This document shows positions 1 through 12,100 of a stretch of DNA of 56,755 bases, one piece after another. This DNA comes from Chiloscyllium plagiosum. Lineage: Eukaryota. Below the pieces are notes generated by a model. That model made no database searches and was not told the DNA's origin. It was given only the letters and a program-made list of their open reading frames with translations. The position numbers and the translations under genes are program-made. Location of the stretch: positions 5,574,985 to 5,631,739 of the forward strand of contig NC_057758.1 in NCBI RefSeq assembly GCF_004010195.1, in the 5' to 3' direction. The stretch's first letter is position 1. Every line of letters begins with the position of its first letter.

Positions 1-275
1 GACTCTCTAGGAAAAATAGCCCGAGCCGTTTTAAACTCGAGCTCTACCTCAAACACTCCAATCCGAGTAACATCCTTGTAAATCTTTTCTGAACCCTTTG
101 AGATTCAAAACATTCCTCCGATAATAAGCAGAACGGAATTGCACACTATCTTCAAAAAGTGACCGAGACAATGACTTGCACAACCATAACATGACCTCCC
201 AACTGCAATACTTTATGATGCGATGCAGGAATTCCAAACTCAGCCCTTACTATCCTATCTATCTGAAATTGCACT
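1..275 (-). mobile_element. CR1/HER1 LINE ORF2 fragment (RT C-terminal region)
   Basis: Minus translation 'WEVMLWLCKSLSRSLFEDSVQFRSAYYRRNV' is a decayed form of the CR1 motif [29 protein letters not shown] seen intact elsewhere in this window. Confidence 0.75.
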
Positions 276-379
276 CCCAAGGTTCAATCTATTACTTGTT
301 GTGAAATGTTAGGTGTCCGCATGGCAAGTAAAAACATACATGCACGTACATATTCTCACACAGACATACGTGTACGCTC

Positions 380-690
380 ACACACAAGGCCCACAGTGAG
401 TAGACAGTGGAAACAAGAGAGCAAATTGGAGATGGAGGCGAAGGAAGAGGAGAGAAAACTGGAGAAATCAAGGAATACAGTGAATACAGAAGGAGAGATA
501 TTATATATTTGGTGAGAAGAGGGGATAGAGGATATTGAGAAATGTGATGGAGAACGGGAATGATCGTAAATAGAGAGGAACAGTATCGAGTGAGAGGGTG
601 AGGAAAATGAAGAAAACTGGATGATGAGAGAAAAAGTCAGAGAGAGAAAGAGAGACAACCGTGAAAAGGGAGGAGAACAGAAAATCTGTT
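380..690. repeat. GA-rich low-complexity tract
   Basis: Purine-rich, degenerate (GA)n/(GAA)n composition. Confidence 0.7.
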
Positions 691-699
691 ATCTAAGGC

Positions 700-1070
700 A
701 GGACAAGGGCATCCCAGAATTCTGAGCAACAAAACTATTTACAAATCACTTTGACTGCTCATGGCAAACAATTTGTTCACGGAGAGCTCACACAAACATC
801 CGAATTGTAGTAAGTGCTCATTTTACGACTGACGGGGTAACTATTGGTGCCAAGGTGACAGTGAGAGATCTGTGACTGCATCACTAGGATTGGGCCAATC
901 CGTAACAAAAATTAAATTGTGTGGGGTAGCTGTTAAATTTTGTCACATGGTGAGCAGAAAGCTTCGCAGCAATGCAGAATGTTTCTGATATCGATCGATG
1001 AAAGCAACAAAGTGGACTGTTCTATTCATATGACCACGTTTGGAGCCCAATCCGCAGAGGCCTTGCGGGA
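700..1070 (-). pseudogene. Possible decayed Ig-superfamily exon
   Basis: Frameshifted minus translation 'TI*FLLRIG/PNPSDAVTD/TVTL' resembles an Ig G-strand to next-domain A/B-strand junction; followed on this strand by a CT-rich intron-like tract. Confidence 0.25.
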
Positions 1071-1084
1071 CAATACATTACAGT

Positions 1085-1403
1085 ACATAGAACAAAAAAC
1101 AAAGAACATAGAACTTGGAACAGTACAGCACAGAACAGGCCCTTCAGACCACGATGTTGTGCCGACACATTGATCCTCATGTGTGCACCCTCAAATTCCT
1201 GTGACCAAATGCATGTCCAGCAGTCTCTTAAATGTTCCCAATGACCTTGCTTCCACAACTGCTGCTGGCAACGCATTCCATGCTCTCGCAACTCTCTGTG
1301 TAAAGAACTCGCCTCTGACATCCCCTCTATACTTACCTCCAAACAACTTAAAACTATGACCCTTCGTGTTAGCCATTTCTGCCCTGGGAAATAGTCTCTG
1401 GCT
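1085..1403 (-). mobile_element. 5'-truncated CR1/HER1 LINE 3' end with (TTCTATG)n-type tail
   Basis: ORF 'GHSFKLFGGKYRGDVRGEFFTQRVARAWNALPAAVVEARSLGTFKRLLD' is the CR1 ORF2 C-terminus; acatagaac tail repeats at ~1085-1113. Confidence 0.9.
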
Positions 1404-2709
1404 ATAGAACATAGAACGTAGAACATAGAACAAACAGCATAGAACAGGCCCTTTGTCCTAGTTTAAGCACCCATCCATGTACCTATCCAATTGCCGCTTA
1501 AAGGTCGCCAATGATTCTGATTCTGCCACTCCCAAAGGCAGTGCATTCCATGCCCCCACCACTCTCCAGGTAAAGAACCTACCCCTGACATCCCCGATAC
1601 CTTCCAACCTTCACCTTAAATTTATGTCCCCTTGTAACACTCTGCTGTACCCGGGGGAAACGTTTCTGACTGTCTGTTCCATCTATTCCTCTGATCATCT
1701 TATAAACCTCTATCAAGTCACCCCTCATCCTTCGCCGTTCCCCTCTATCAAGTCACCCCTCATCCTTCGCCGTTCCAATGAGAAAAGGACTAGCACTCAA
1801 CCTTTCCTCGAACGACCTATTCTCCATTCCAGGCAACATCCTGGCAACGACCCATTCTCTGCACCATCTCCAAAGCTTCCACATCTTCCTAAAGTGAGGC
1901 GACCAGAACCGCACTTTCTATAATAGGGCGACCAGAACTGGACTCAGTATTCCAAGTGCGGTCTAACCAAGGTTTTATAAAGCTCACGACTCTTAAACTC
2001 AATCCCCCTGTTAATGAAAGCTAAAACACCACATGCTTTCTTAACAACCCTGTCCATTTGGGTGGCCATTTTAAGGGATCTATGTACCTGCACACCAAGA
2101 TCCCTCTGTTCATCCACACTGCCAAGAATCCTATCCTTAATCCTGAACTCAGCTTTCAAAATCGACCTTCCAAAATGCATCACCTCGCATTTATCCCGGT
2201 TGAAATCCATCTGCCAACTCTCAGCCCATCTCTGCATCCTTTAAATGTCTCGCTGCAGCCTACAACAGCCTTCTATAGTGCCAATGACACCTCCAACCTT
2301 TGTGTCGTCTGTAAACTTGCTGACCCATTCTTCAATCCCCTCATTCAAGTCATTAATAAAAATTACAAACAGTAGAGGCCCAAGGACAGAGCCCTGTGGA
2401 ACACCACTCACCACTGACTTCCAGGCAGAATATTTTAGTTCTACTACCACTCGCTGTCTTCTGTTGGCCAGCCAATTCTGTATCGAGACAGCTAAGTTCC
2501 CCTGTATCACATTCCTCCAGACCTTCTGAATGAGGTTACCACGGGAAACCTTATCAAATGCCTTGCTAAAGTCCATATACACCACATCCACAGGTCGACC
2601 CTCATCAACGTTTCTAGTCACATCCTCAAAGACCTCTATAAGCTTTGTGAGGCATGACTGCCCCTCACAAAGCCGTGTTGACACTACTTAATCAAGCCAT
2701 GCTCTTCCA
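1404..2709 (-). mobile_element. Chimeric CR1/HER1 LINE ORF2 fragment (RT), running into a gap
   Basis: RT motifs [39 protein letters not shown] and RPHLEY; tail repeats (atagaac)n at 1404-1432; internal junction near 1914. Confidence 0.92.
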
Positions 2710-3209
2710 NNNNNNNNNNNNNNNNNNNNNNNNNNNNNNNNNNNNNNNNNNNNNNNNNNNNNNNNNNNNNNNNNNNNNNNNNNNNNNNNNNNNNNNNNNN
2801 NNNNNNNNNNNNNNNNNNNNNNNNNNNNNNNNNNNNNNNNNNNNNNNNNNNNNNNNNNNNNNNNNNNNNNNNNNNNNNNNNNNNNNNNNNNNNNNNNNNN
2901 NNNNNNNNNNNNNNNNNNNNNNNNNNNNNNNNNNNNNNNNNNNNNNNNNNNNNNNNNNNNNNNNNNNNNNNNNNNNNNNNNNNNNNNNNNNNNNNNNNNN
3001 NNNNNNNNNNNNNNNNNNNNNNNNNNNNNNNNNNNNNNNNNNNNNNNNNNNNNNNNNNNNNNNNNNNNNNNNNNNNNNNNNNNNNNNNNNNNNNNNNNNN
3101 NNNNNNNNNNNNNNNNNNNNNNNNNNNNNNNNNNNNNNNNNNNNNNNNNNNNNNNNNNNNNNNNNNNNNNNNNNNNNNNNNNNNNNNNNNNNNNNNNNNN
3201 NNNNNNNNN
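2710..3209. other. Assembly gap (N run)
   Basis: Run of N. Confidence 1.
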
Positions 3210-3358
3210 TGGATATATGAATAGGAAAGTTTTCGATTGATATGGGCCGGGTGATGGCAGGTTGCGTTAGACTGGATTGGGATATCTGATCGGCATGGAA
3301 GTGGTGGACCGAAGTGCCGGTTTCTATGCTGTACATCACTATGACTCTCTGACTCTAT
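3210..3358 (+). mobile_element. CR1/HER1 LINE 3' UTR and tail
   Basis: 'ggaccgaagtgccggtttctatgctgtacatcactatgactctctgactctat' is the HER1/HE1 shared 3' end with (CTATGACT)-like tail. Confidence 0.8.
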
Positions 3359-3384
3359 TTCAGCATCTAAACCATGTTGATACA

Positions 3385-3700
3385 TCAGGGAAACAGAAAG
3401 AGAGAGAGAGATTTTGAGAGACAGCAAGAGGTAAAAATGTAAAACAGAGAGAAAACCAACTCATGTATCTTCAGGATAGAGAAAGAGAGATACAATGACA
3501 AAAATACAGATAGGAAAAGGATGTGGAACGGGGAGGAAAGAGAGATGGAGAGAGATTCACGAAGAGGTCTGTGATCACATGTACGGATACGCATGGAGGG
3601 AGATAGCGATAGTTAGGGAGAGAAAGAGAGATGCAAACAGATGGTGAATGCATGAACAGGGAGGTCAGGAGAAAACAGACTACAAGGAAATGAAGGGTGG
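3385..3700. repeat. GA-rich low-complexity tract
   Basis: Degenerate (GA)n. Confidence 0.7.
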
Positions 3701-3711
3701 AGCGTTCTTAC

Positions 3712-4263
3712 TGTGACTTGGAGCAGCAATAAATTGCCGATGCGACACTGTTGAAGCAGTGGAAGAAATAAATGCACAGCAAGATCAAACAAACAACATC
3801 CTGTAGTGATGTGCAAGATCTGTTGCACTAATGTCATTCTGTGTGTAAATAGTAAATGCCAGCTGAAAAAAATACGGAAAATCAGCAAAGGAGCAGGATG
3901 GACTCTGGTTGATGCAAATTGAAGATCCATGGTCAAGGTTGCCTCGTTTGGTTTCTTCTGAGAACCTTTGTCGAGCTCTAAGAGCTCTATAAGTGGTATC
4001 TATTGGAGCAAACCCTTCCAGTAATCCCTTGCTCCATCCGATAGGACAACCCAAAGTGGAGGTTTGAAGCTAATTTTGAAATGTATAAATTAAGCGAAAT
4101 CTGCTTGAACACATAGGTTGGGTTCTGCCAAATTGAATGAAAGGACATGGAAGGGAATTATCTTTCAGTTCTCGATGTCCAACGCACTGGAGTCCTTGAT
4201 CTCAGAGTCTAGGCGTTGGTCAGTGAGTGACTGATGGCTCTTAATGGTGTCCTACACTTTTGA
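3712..4263 (-). pseudogene. Possible decayed Ig-superfamily exon
   Basis: Pyrimidine tract plus AG acceptor (ctttgtgcttttctgtgtccag) at 4264; frameshifted 'SVFFSAGIYY' (DxGxYxC-like F strand) and terminal 'LLLLQVT' followed by GTAAGA donor at 3711. Confidence 0.3.
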
Positions 4264-4679
4264 CTGGACACAGAAAAGCACAAAGTGAGACGCGTAGAGA
4301 TGTGTGTATCTTTATCATCAGAGCTTCATAGCTGAAAGTAAGCAACATTGGCCTTTCTCTCCTGCGGCCTCAAAGAAGCTTCTCCTTTCTGGCTGGGAGA
4401 GAAGGTAAAAAGGACATGCAGAGTCATATTACCATTAACATCAGCCTTTGGACTGGAGACTGCTTCATCTCCTGCCGCTGGAGAAGTTCACATCTTCCCT
4501 ATTGACCACAAAAATCAAGCTCAGAGATAGATGCATTTCACAATGGCGTGGAATTATGGGAGGAGAGACTGCCATTTCTTTATCGATTGCACAGTGTTCG
4601 TCTATCAGCTCGATTCGGTGGGACTCACCTCAATATCAGTAGAATTTGAAAACGGGCCTCGTGGCTCAGAGATGAACAA

Positions 4680-4795
4680 AATGGGAACTTGCTGGAGAAA
4701 CTCAGCAGTTCTGGCAGCACACGTATCTGGTCGGCATGGATAGGTTGGACCGAAGGGTATATTTCCATGCTTTACATCTCTGCGACTCTATGTAT
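4680..4795. mobile_element. Short Penelope-end-like fragment joined to a CR1 3' tail
   Basis: 'gctggagaaactcagcagttctggcagca' followed by 'ttggaccgaagggtatatttccatgctttacatctctgcgactctat'. Confidence 0.5.
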
Positions 4796-4811
4796 ACATA
4801 AAAGTCCCGCA

Positions 4812-5048
4812 TATGAGTGGTTTCATTCCGGTGCTCTCGTTTCCTTCCACAGTAAAAGATGTGCACGTTAGATGAATTGGCCATGCTAAATTGCTTATCC
4901 ATTGTCGAGTCATGTAGGTTACATGCATTAGTCATGGGAAATGTACTTCGTAGGCTAATGGATTGTTTTAGGATGGGATACTGATCAGAGATTTGGTGTG
5001 GGTTCAGTGGGTGTAATTTTTTGTTTCCACATTGTAGGGTTTCTATGA
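4812..5048 (+). mobile_element. HE1-type V-SINE, 5'-truncated
   Basis: V-domain 'ccggtgctctcgtttccttccacagtaaaagatgtgcacgttagatgaattggccatgctaaattg' and tail 'gtttccacattgtagggtttctatg'. Confidence 0.75.
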
Positions 5049-5239
5049 AAACAGAGTTAATGATTCAGAGACACGTTCAAAAAAGGTCTGCTCCCACACC
5101 ACGGACGTTCAGAGCAACAATGTGTGCCACGTGCATGATGAATTGCACAGATGCACCAAATCTCCTTGACGATCTCTTCACAAGGCCAAGGTCAGATGAA
5201 TTGCATGGATCTTTCAGATGAAGGCCTCAGGGGATTACG

Positions 5240-5620
5240 CATCAGGAATATACTGTGCCGTGTTTTAAGAGATTGTGATTAAATTGAACTCCACTGGCGC
5301 CACTTGGCTGCCCAGATCGGAGATTCCAGATCTGTCCAGAATCTGCTGCATTTGGCACAATGACTGTACCCAATAACAGAAATGTATCCTCAGTGTTGCG
5401 GTAATATTTCATTTTCACCAGGACTGTGTGGTCTTCAGTTCTAACAATGGTGGTGTGGAAAGATGTGTGCGAGGCAGGAAGATTTGTAAGAAGGAAGGCA
5501 AGGACATTAGTTCCCTTTCTGCTGGTTCTATCGCCACGAACTGCAGGCAACATTTGGCGAGCAAACCTCGATCAATTCGACTAGTCATTGGAGAACCCTA
5601 GACTTTCATGGTGAAAGCGG
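5240..5620 (-). mobile_element. Old L2/CR1-clade LINE endonuclease-region fragment
   Basis: 'TSRKGTNVLAFLLTNLPASHTSFHTTIVRTEDHTVLVK' resembles the APE C-terminal motif TRGxNxLDLxLTN...SDHxxV. Confidence 0.55.
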
Positions 5621-6164
5621 TTCAAATTCGAAAGCCAGAATAGAATCGATTGTTGAATATTCTCCAACAGTTTATTCCTGTTGTTTTATGTTGTGGAGGA
5701 CAAGACCGACGTTGGAACGGAAAGATATGAAAGATTCTGCCTGTGTTTTTGTGATCTCCTCTCTCTCCGATCATATGAACGAAAGAATCGGGTTTGCACA
5801 ACGGACATTGCAACGAATGCTATTGATACTATTTACAAAGCAGTAACTCAGGGTCATTGGATCCACACAATGGAACACAGTCGGTTTACAGACGTAACAG
5901 CTTGCATCATTTGTTGCCTCAGTCGGATCTCACTTCAGATTTATTTACTGTACATCCATTTTCTCTTGCAGCAGTATAGCCCAATTTCACAAATCCCACT
6001 GTCACGGAGTTCTTGTGGAAGACAAGGGGATTGCTTGCAAGTTCATCTCTGGAGTGCACAAGATTTGTAGAAACATGTAAAACATAAAGATATACTTAAA
6101 TGATGTCTCCAGCCGGGACAATTTACCTTCCACGTGTCATCAAACCAGGAAACACGGCGAGCGT

Positions 6165-6910
6165 AAATGTATCCAGTACTGCCAGTGTGATCCAGTCAAG
6201 GAAATGGACGCCAGAATTGTGTACAGTACTCCCAATGTGGGCTTATCAAGGGATGTAAAGACGAGAACAGTGCCCAGTGCGCTCAGTGATGTCGTATCAA
6301 GGGAGATAGAGACGAGAACTGTCTGCACCTTCCCAATGGGTCTCGGTGAGTTAGTATACGGCGGAGTGGCGTGGACGTCTTGGGTCGAACGGCCTATTTC
6401 CAAACAGTAGGGGTTCTATTAAAAGAATGTTGTCACTGGGACATATTGAGACAGGGACTGTGCACTGTGTTCCCACTGTCGTCGGAATGAGGGATGTGGC
6501 GTCGAGAACTATGTACAGTGTGGTCTTACCAAGGGAGATTGAGACATTATCTATGTTCAGTGAACAAAGTATAGTCTAACTAAGGGATATGGCGTGAAGG
6601 ACAGTGCACAGTGTTTCCAGTTTGGACGAAGTAAGGGAAGTAAGGGAAGTACGCATTACTTCTACTGTGACTAAACGAAGGGACATCCAGTCCATCTTTG
6701 TGCAAAGTGCTCTCAGTGTCGTGTAACTGAGGGATAAGGAGCTTATAACGGTTTAAAGTGTTATGCATTTATATTACCAAGGGAAATCACAGGTATCACT
6801 ACGCACAGTTTTCGAAGTCGTGTCACATTGAATGATATAGTGATCAGAACTGCCCTCAGTGATTTTATTATGAGTTAACCAACGGAAATGTCGATCAGCT
6901 CTGTGCACAG
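6165..6910. repeat. Degenerate ~50-bp minisatellite (LINE-derived)
   Basis: Recurring unit ~'caagggagatagagacgagaactgtgtacagtgctcccaatgtggtcttat'. Confidence 0.7.
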
Positions 6911-7048
6911 TCTTTTCTTTCCGCGGGAAAGAAAAAAAAACACAGAAGGACATATACGAGTACGTTACCAGAAATAAACTTGTAACATGATTGATTTCAA
7001 GGAATATTTGAGGTAATTGATTGCATTTATACGGAGCGTATTCCACAG

Positions 7049-7627
7049 CTGAATAAAATCCGAAAAATAATGACATACTGTCTGATCTCTTGGATTCATC
7101 ATCATTAGATGAGTTTGAGTTTCACAATTAGAGTGGCATGAATATCAAGAAATGGTGGCGATAATGAAGGATATTCCAGAGATCGGGGGCGGGGTGGCTC
7201 AAAGAGACATTTGAAAACGTTTCTCTATTCAACGTGCAAACATTGATGTTAAGGACATCTCATTGTTGGATAGATTTTGTGGGTAAACAATTAAATCGAA
7301 CAGTTCTTAGAAAATTATCCAAAATGAGACCGTAATCTCATTTCAGAGCAGGGAGGAATGAGAATCCGGGTTGATTGGAAGAAGACAAAAAAAAGTCAAG
7401 TTCTATAACAAATCAGCAAACACTTGAGGAGCTGATGGTGCTACAATTCGTTTACATAGAAATGTACTAACCGGGAAGGAAGAACCATGGTCTCGATTCT
7501 CCATCTGCAGTGATGGGTTCGACAAGCACCAGGACGATGAGAAGCAAAAGCAGTGATTTCATCTTTCTCTGTAGAGTGTTTCAGAGTCATGGTGAGGTGA
7601 CTGGAACACTGAGGCTCTTTATTACAG
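7049..7627 (+). pseudogene. Possible decayed Ig-superfamily exon
   Basis: ttccacag acceptor; ends 'SDFIFLCRVFQSHGEVTGTLRLFIT' (F/G-strand-like) then ACAG/atgagt, a likely mutated gtgagt donor. Confidence 0.3.
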
Positions 7628-7864
7628 ATGAGTGACTACACTGTAGTTAATAATCACAGTTCAAAATTGAAGACTGGATCGACGCTGTGCTAATTATAAT
7701 GACATTTCACGAATACCAAACGTAGCTGGAATCAAAGATTAGGCTTTTCTGTCAACAGTTACTTCTCAGTGAAGAGACGAACCTAACTGTTTACTAATTG
7801 ACGTGGTGAAGGTTCACAGCAAACTTTCACATTGGATATGAGTGCATTGTTTATTTTATTTCAG

Positions 7865-8210
7865 GGAAATATTTGGCCGATCATTCCACTGCTGGCTCTT
7901 TCAGTTCTCACCCAAAGAACTAACAGTGACACTTTGCACCGAATGGCTAAAGGTTTTCTGCATTTAAATGCATTAGTCGCTTCACACCTTTGAACATTAT
8001 TGCTCAATCCAATATAGCAGCACCGCGTGATGATGCACTAGTGAGAAATGTCAAATTTCATTGAACACAAACAAAATGAAGTGGATCAAGCCACAATTCT
8101 GCCTGAGATCTGACTCATTCTTGTACGAAACTCAGCTACGAGCGTGATATTATTAAAGAACAGAGTGGGATCTCAAGTTTAGTCCCTGCTTCAAGTTACT
8201 GCTGCTCTTG
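7865..8210 (+). pseudogene. Decayed single-Ig-domain-sized exon
   Basis: 346 bp between a ttattttatttcag acceptor and a gtgagt donor; contains 'ELTVTLC', 'LSYE(R, possibly from C)DII' and terminal 'SLLQVTAAL'; several stops and frameshifts. Confidence 0.4.
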
Positions 8211-8435
8211 GTGAGTGAACTGTCCCATTAACTCTTCCAACGTAGGGCTAACTTGAATTGCTGCTGGTGTTGTGCCCTTGCTTGATCTTGTGGGGCATGA
8301 GTTTATCTCACCGTGCACTACTGGTAGGACCTTCCTGGGAAAAAGAAGACGCCATTCAGGTCCTGACACCTGTGCAAATGCAGCACCATCGTGGCTGATA
8401 TATTTTCATATCCTCCGATGTTCTCTCTCCCTTCC

Positions 8436-8596
8436 AGACCATAGGATCCTGAGACGTAAGAGCAGAATTTCAGCCATTAATCACGTCGAGTCGCTGCTGC
8501 ATTCAATCATGGCTGATATGTTTACACCTCCTTGCACCTGCTTTCTTTAAGCCCCCTTAATACTCAAGTAACTATATATCTCAGTGTTACATATAC
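8436..8596 (-). mobile_element. CR1 LINE 3' end remnant
   Basis: 'gagcagaatttcagccattaatcacgtcgagtcgctgctgcattcaatcatggctgat' is similar to the 3' end of the LINE at 9114-9200. Confidence 0.6.
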
Positions 8597-9113
8597 TATG
8601 ATGACACACCTTGAACACTTCCGTTACTTAAAACAAACACCCAGAAAACTCAGCTCGGGTCGTATTTTTTTAAAAAACTATGAGTGACAGAGAACTTCCA
8701 AATTACACTGTTTAATGAGAATAATAATAATTTATTGTTCATCTCTAAAAATGAATACTAAACAACAACTATACACAACTCTAAGCCCCTCTCTTAATTG
8801 CTTATTATTTGCCTTTAACTCTGTACCATTATACTGATTCAATAAAACACTGATTAAAATTATGTCAACTTAATTGGAATCCACACAGCAAGTGTCGTCT
8901 TTGGTGCTTTTCTTCCTTCAGCTGACATATCCCTGGGCTGTCTTAATGCGTAAATGTTTCATATGGAAAAGTAACTTTCATAGGGTATGTTTCAAATGGC
9001 AGTTGCTCTGTCTGACTGTCAACCTGGCTGCTTTTTTATATGTTCAACACCAGATCGTCATCTTGGTTCGTTATTGACGAAACAATTAATTCAAACTGGA
9101 TTGAGTTTTAGTA
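8597..9113 (-). repeat. Downstream LTR (larger part) of the Gmr1-like element; continues at 13301-13360 after the CR1 insertion
   Basis: Colinear with LTR 18087-18610 at roughly 70% by eye (shared 'acaacaactat-cacaactctaa', 'atgtttcatatggaaa', 'aaact-gattgagtttta'). Confidence 0.7.
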
Positions 9114-12100
9114 GACAATAGACAATAGACAATAGGTGCAGGAGAAGGCCATTCCACCCTTCGAGTCTGCACCACCAGTCCATATGATCATGGCTGATCA
9201 TTCTTAATCAGTATCCTGTTCCTGCCTTATCTCCACAACCCCTGATTCCACTATCCTTGAGAGTTCTATCCAACTGTTTCTTGAATGAATCCAGAGACTG
9301 GGCTTCCACTGCCATCTGGGGCAGAGAATTCCACACAGCCACCACTCTCTGGGTGAAGAGGTTTCTCCTCATCTCTGTCCAAAATGGTCGACCCTGTATT
9401 TTTAAGCTGTGTTCTCTGGTTCGGCACTTATCCGTCAGCGGAAAGATGTTACCTGCGTCCAGAGTGTCAAATCCTTTCATAACCTAAAATGTCTCAATCA
9501 GATCCCATCTCAGTCTTCTAAACTCAAGGGTATACAAGCCCAGTCGCTCCAGTCTTGCAGCGTAAGGTAGTCCCGCCATTTCAAGAATTGACCTCGTGAA
9601 CCTCAGTTGCACTCCCTCAATAGCCAGAATGTCTTTCCTCAAATTTGGAGACCAGAACTGCACACAATACTCCAGGTGTGGTCTCACCAGGGTCCTGTAC
9701 CGCTGCAGATGAACCTCTTTGCTTCTATATTCAATCCCTCTTGTTATGAAGGCCAGCAATGTATTAGCCTTCTTCACTACTTGCTGTACCTGCATGCTTA
9801 TCTTCATTGACTGTTGTACAAGAACACACAGATCTCTTTGTACTGCTCCTTCTTCTAAATTGATACCATTTAGGTAGTGATCTACCGTCCTGTTTTGCCA
9901 CCAAAATGGATAACCATACATTTATCTAAATTAAACTGCATCTGCATGCATCTGACCACTCACTTAATCTGTCCAGGTCGCCCTGTAATCTCCTCACATT
10001 TCACCCTGCGACACAGCTTAGTATCATCAGCAAATTTGCTGATCTTATTACTAATACCATCTTCTATCTAATTAATATATAATGTTAAAAGCTGCGGTTC
10101 CAGCACTGATCCCTGCGGTACCCTACTGGTCCCTGCCTGCCATTCCGAAATGGAGCCGTTTATCACTACTCTTCGTTTCCTGTCAGCCAACCAACGTTCA
10201 ATCCAAGTTAGTATTTTGCCCCCAACACCATGCGCCCTAATGTTGCTCACCAACATCCTATGTGGGACTTGAACAAAAGCTTACTGAAAGTCCAGGTGCA
10301 CTACATCTACTGGATCGCCCTCGTCACTCTTCAGAGTTACATCCTCAAAAAAATCCAGAAGATTAGTTAAGCATGATAACCCCTTCATAAATTCATGCTG
10401 ACTCAGACCTATCCTGTTACTACTATCCAGATGTGTCTTAATTTCTTACTTTATAATGGAGTCCAGCATCTTTCCCACCACTGAAGTCAGACTAACTGGT
10501 CTGTAATTTCCTGCTTTCTCTCTCCCACCTTTGTTAAAAAGTGGCACAACGTTAGCCACACTCCAATCCGTAGGAACTGATCCCGAATCTCTCGAACTCT
10601 TGATAATAACTACCAACGCATCCACGATTTCTCGAGCCACCTCCTTCAGTACCCTCGGATGTAGACCATCAAGTCCCGTGGACTTATCAACCTTCAGACC
10701 TAACAGTCTCTCCAATATCAATTCCTGGCAAATATAAATTCCCTTAAGTTAAGGTCCTTCAGCCACTGTTACCTCAGGGAGATTGCTTGTGTCTTCCCCA
10801 GTGAACACAGATCTGAAGTACCAATTCAGTTCTTCTGCCATTTCTTTGTTCCCCGTAATATATTCCCCTGTTTCTGTCTTCAAGGCCCCAATTTTAGTCT
10901 AAACCATTTTGTTGCCTTTCGCATACCTACAACAGCTTTTACTATCCTCCTTTATATTTTTGGCAAGTTTACCTTCGTACTTCATTTTTTTCTCTGCGTA
11001 TTCCTTCTTAGTAATCCTCTGTTTTTCTTTCAAATTGTCCCAGTCCTCCGTTTTCCCACTTATCTTTACTATGTTATACTTTTTCTCTTTTAAATTTATA
11101 TCTTTTTTTAACTTCCCAAGTCAGCCACGGCCACCCATGCCTCCTCCTAGGATCTTTCTTCCTTTCTGGAATGAACTGATCCTGCATCTTCGGCATTATA
11201 CACAGAAATATCTGCCATTGTTCCCCCACTGTCATCCCTGCTAAAGTATTGCATCATTGAACGTTGGCCAGCTCCTCCCTCATAGCTCCATAGTTTCCTT
11301 TAATCAATAGAAATATTGTCACTTCCGAATGTACTCTCTCCCTCTCAAGTTGCAGATTGAAGCTTATTGTGTTATGGTCACTACTTCCCAATGGCTCCTT
11401 CACTTCGAGGTCCCTGATTAATTCTGGTTCGTTGCACCATACCAGATTCATAATTGCCTTCTTCATGGTAGGCACCAGCTGTTGTAAGAATACATCTCTG
11501 AGGGGCTCCAAAAAGTATCTTTCTTGAGGTCCAATACCATCCTGATTCTCCCAGTCTACCTGCATGTTGACATTGCCCATAACAATTGTAGTAACATCTT
11601 TGCGACAGGCAATTTCTGCTCCTGATTCAACTTACATCCGACATCCAGACTGCTGTTTCGGGGCCTGAAGGTAACTCCCAAGAGGTTCTTTTTAACCTTA
11701 GAATTTCTCAGCTCTATCCACAGTGACTCTACATCACCTGATTCTAGGTCCCCCCCGCACAAGGGACTGGATATCTTCCCTGACCAACATGGTCACCCCA
11801 CCACTTCTGCCCGTCAGTCTGTCCTTACGATAGCACGTGTAGCCTTAAATATTCATTTCCCAGGCCCTGTACACTTGAAGCCACGTTTCACTCATCCCCA
11901 CAATATCTTATCTGCCAATTTCCAAAAGAGCCTCAAGCTCATCCATTTTATTTCTAATTCTTCGTGCATTCATATGTAGTATTTTTAATTTGTTACTGCC
12001 CTCACCCTTCCCATCAATTCCTATTTCACTCAAACTTACAGCATGATCCCTTTTTGAGTTTTCTGCTTCATTGATGCAGTAGTCTTTCTTGACTTCCCTT

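Noticed and set aside
5681..6070. 129-aa ORF
   Set aside because: No recognisable domain or consistent exon structure.
7514..7534. WVRQAPG, the IgH V framework-2 motif
   Set aside because: Flanked by stops, no downstream YYC in frame and no heptamer-nonamer RSS visible; treated as chance.
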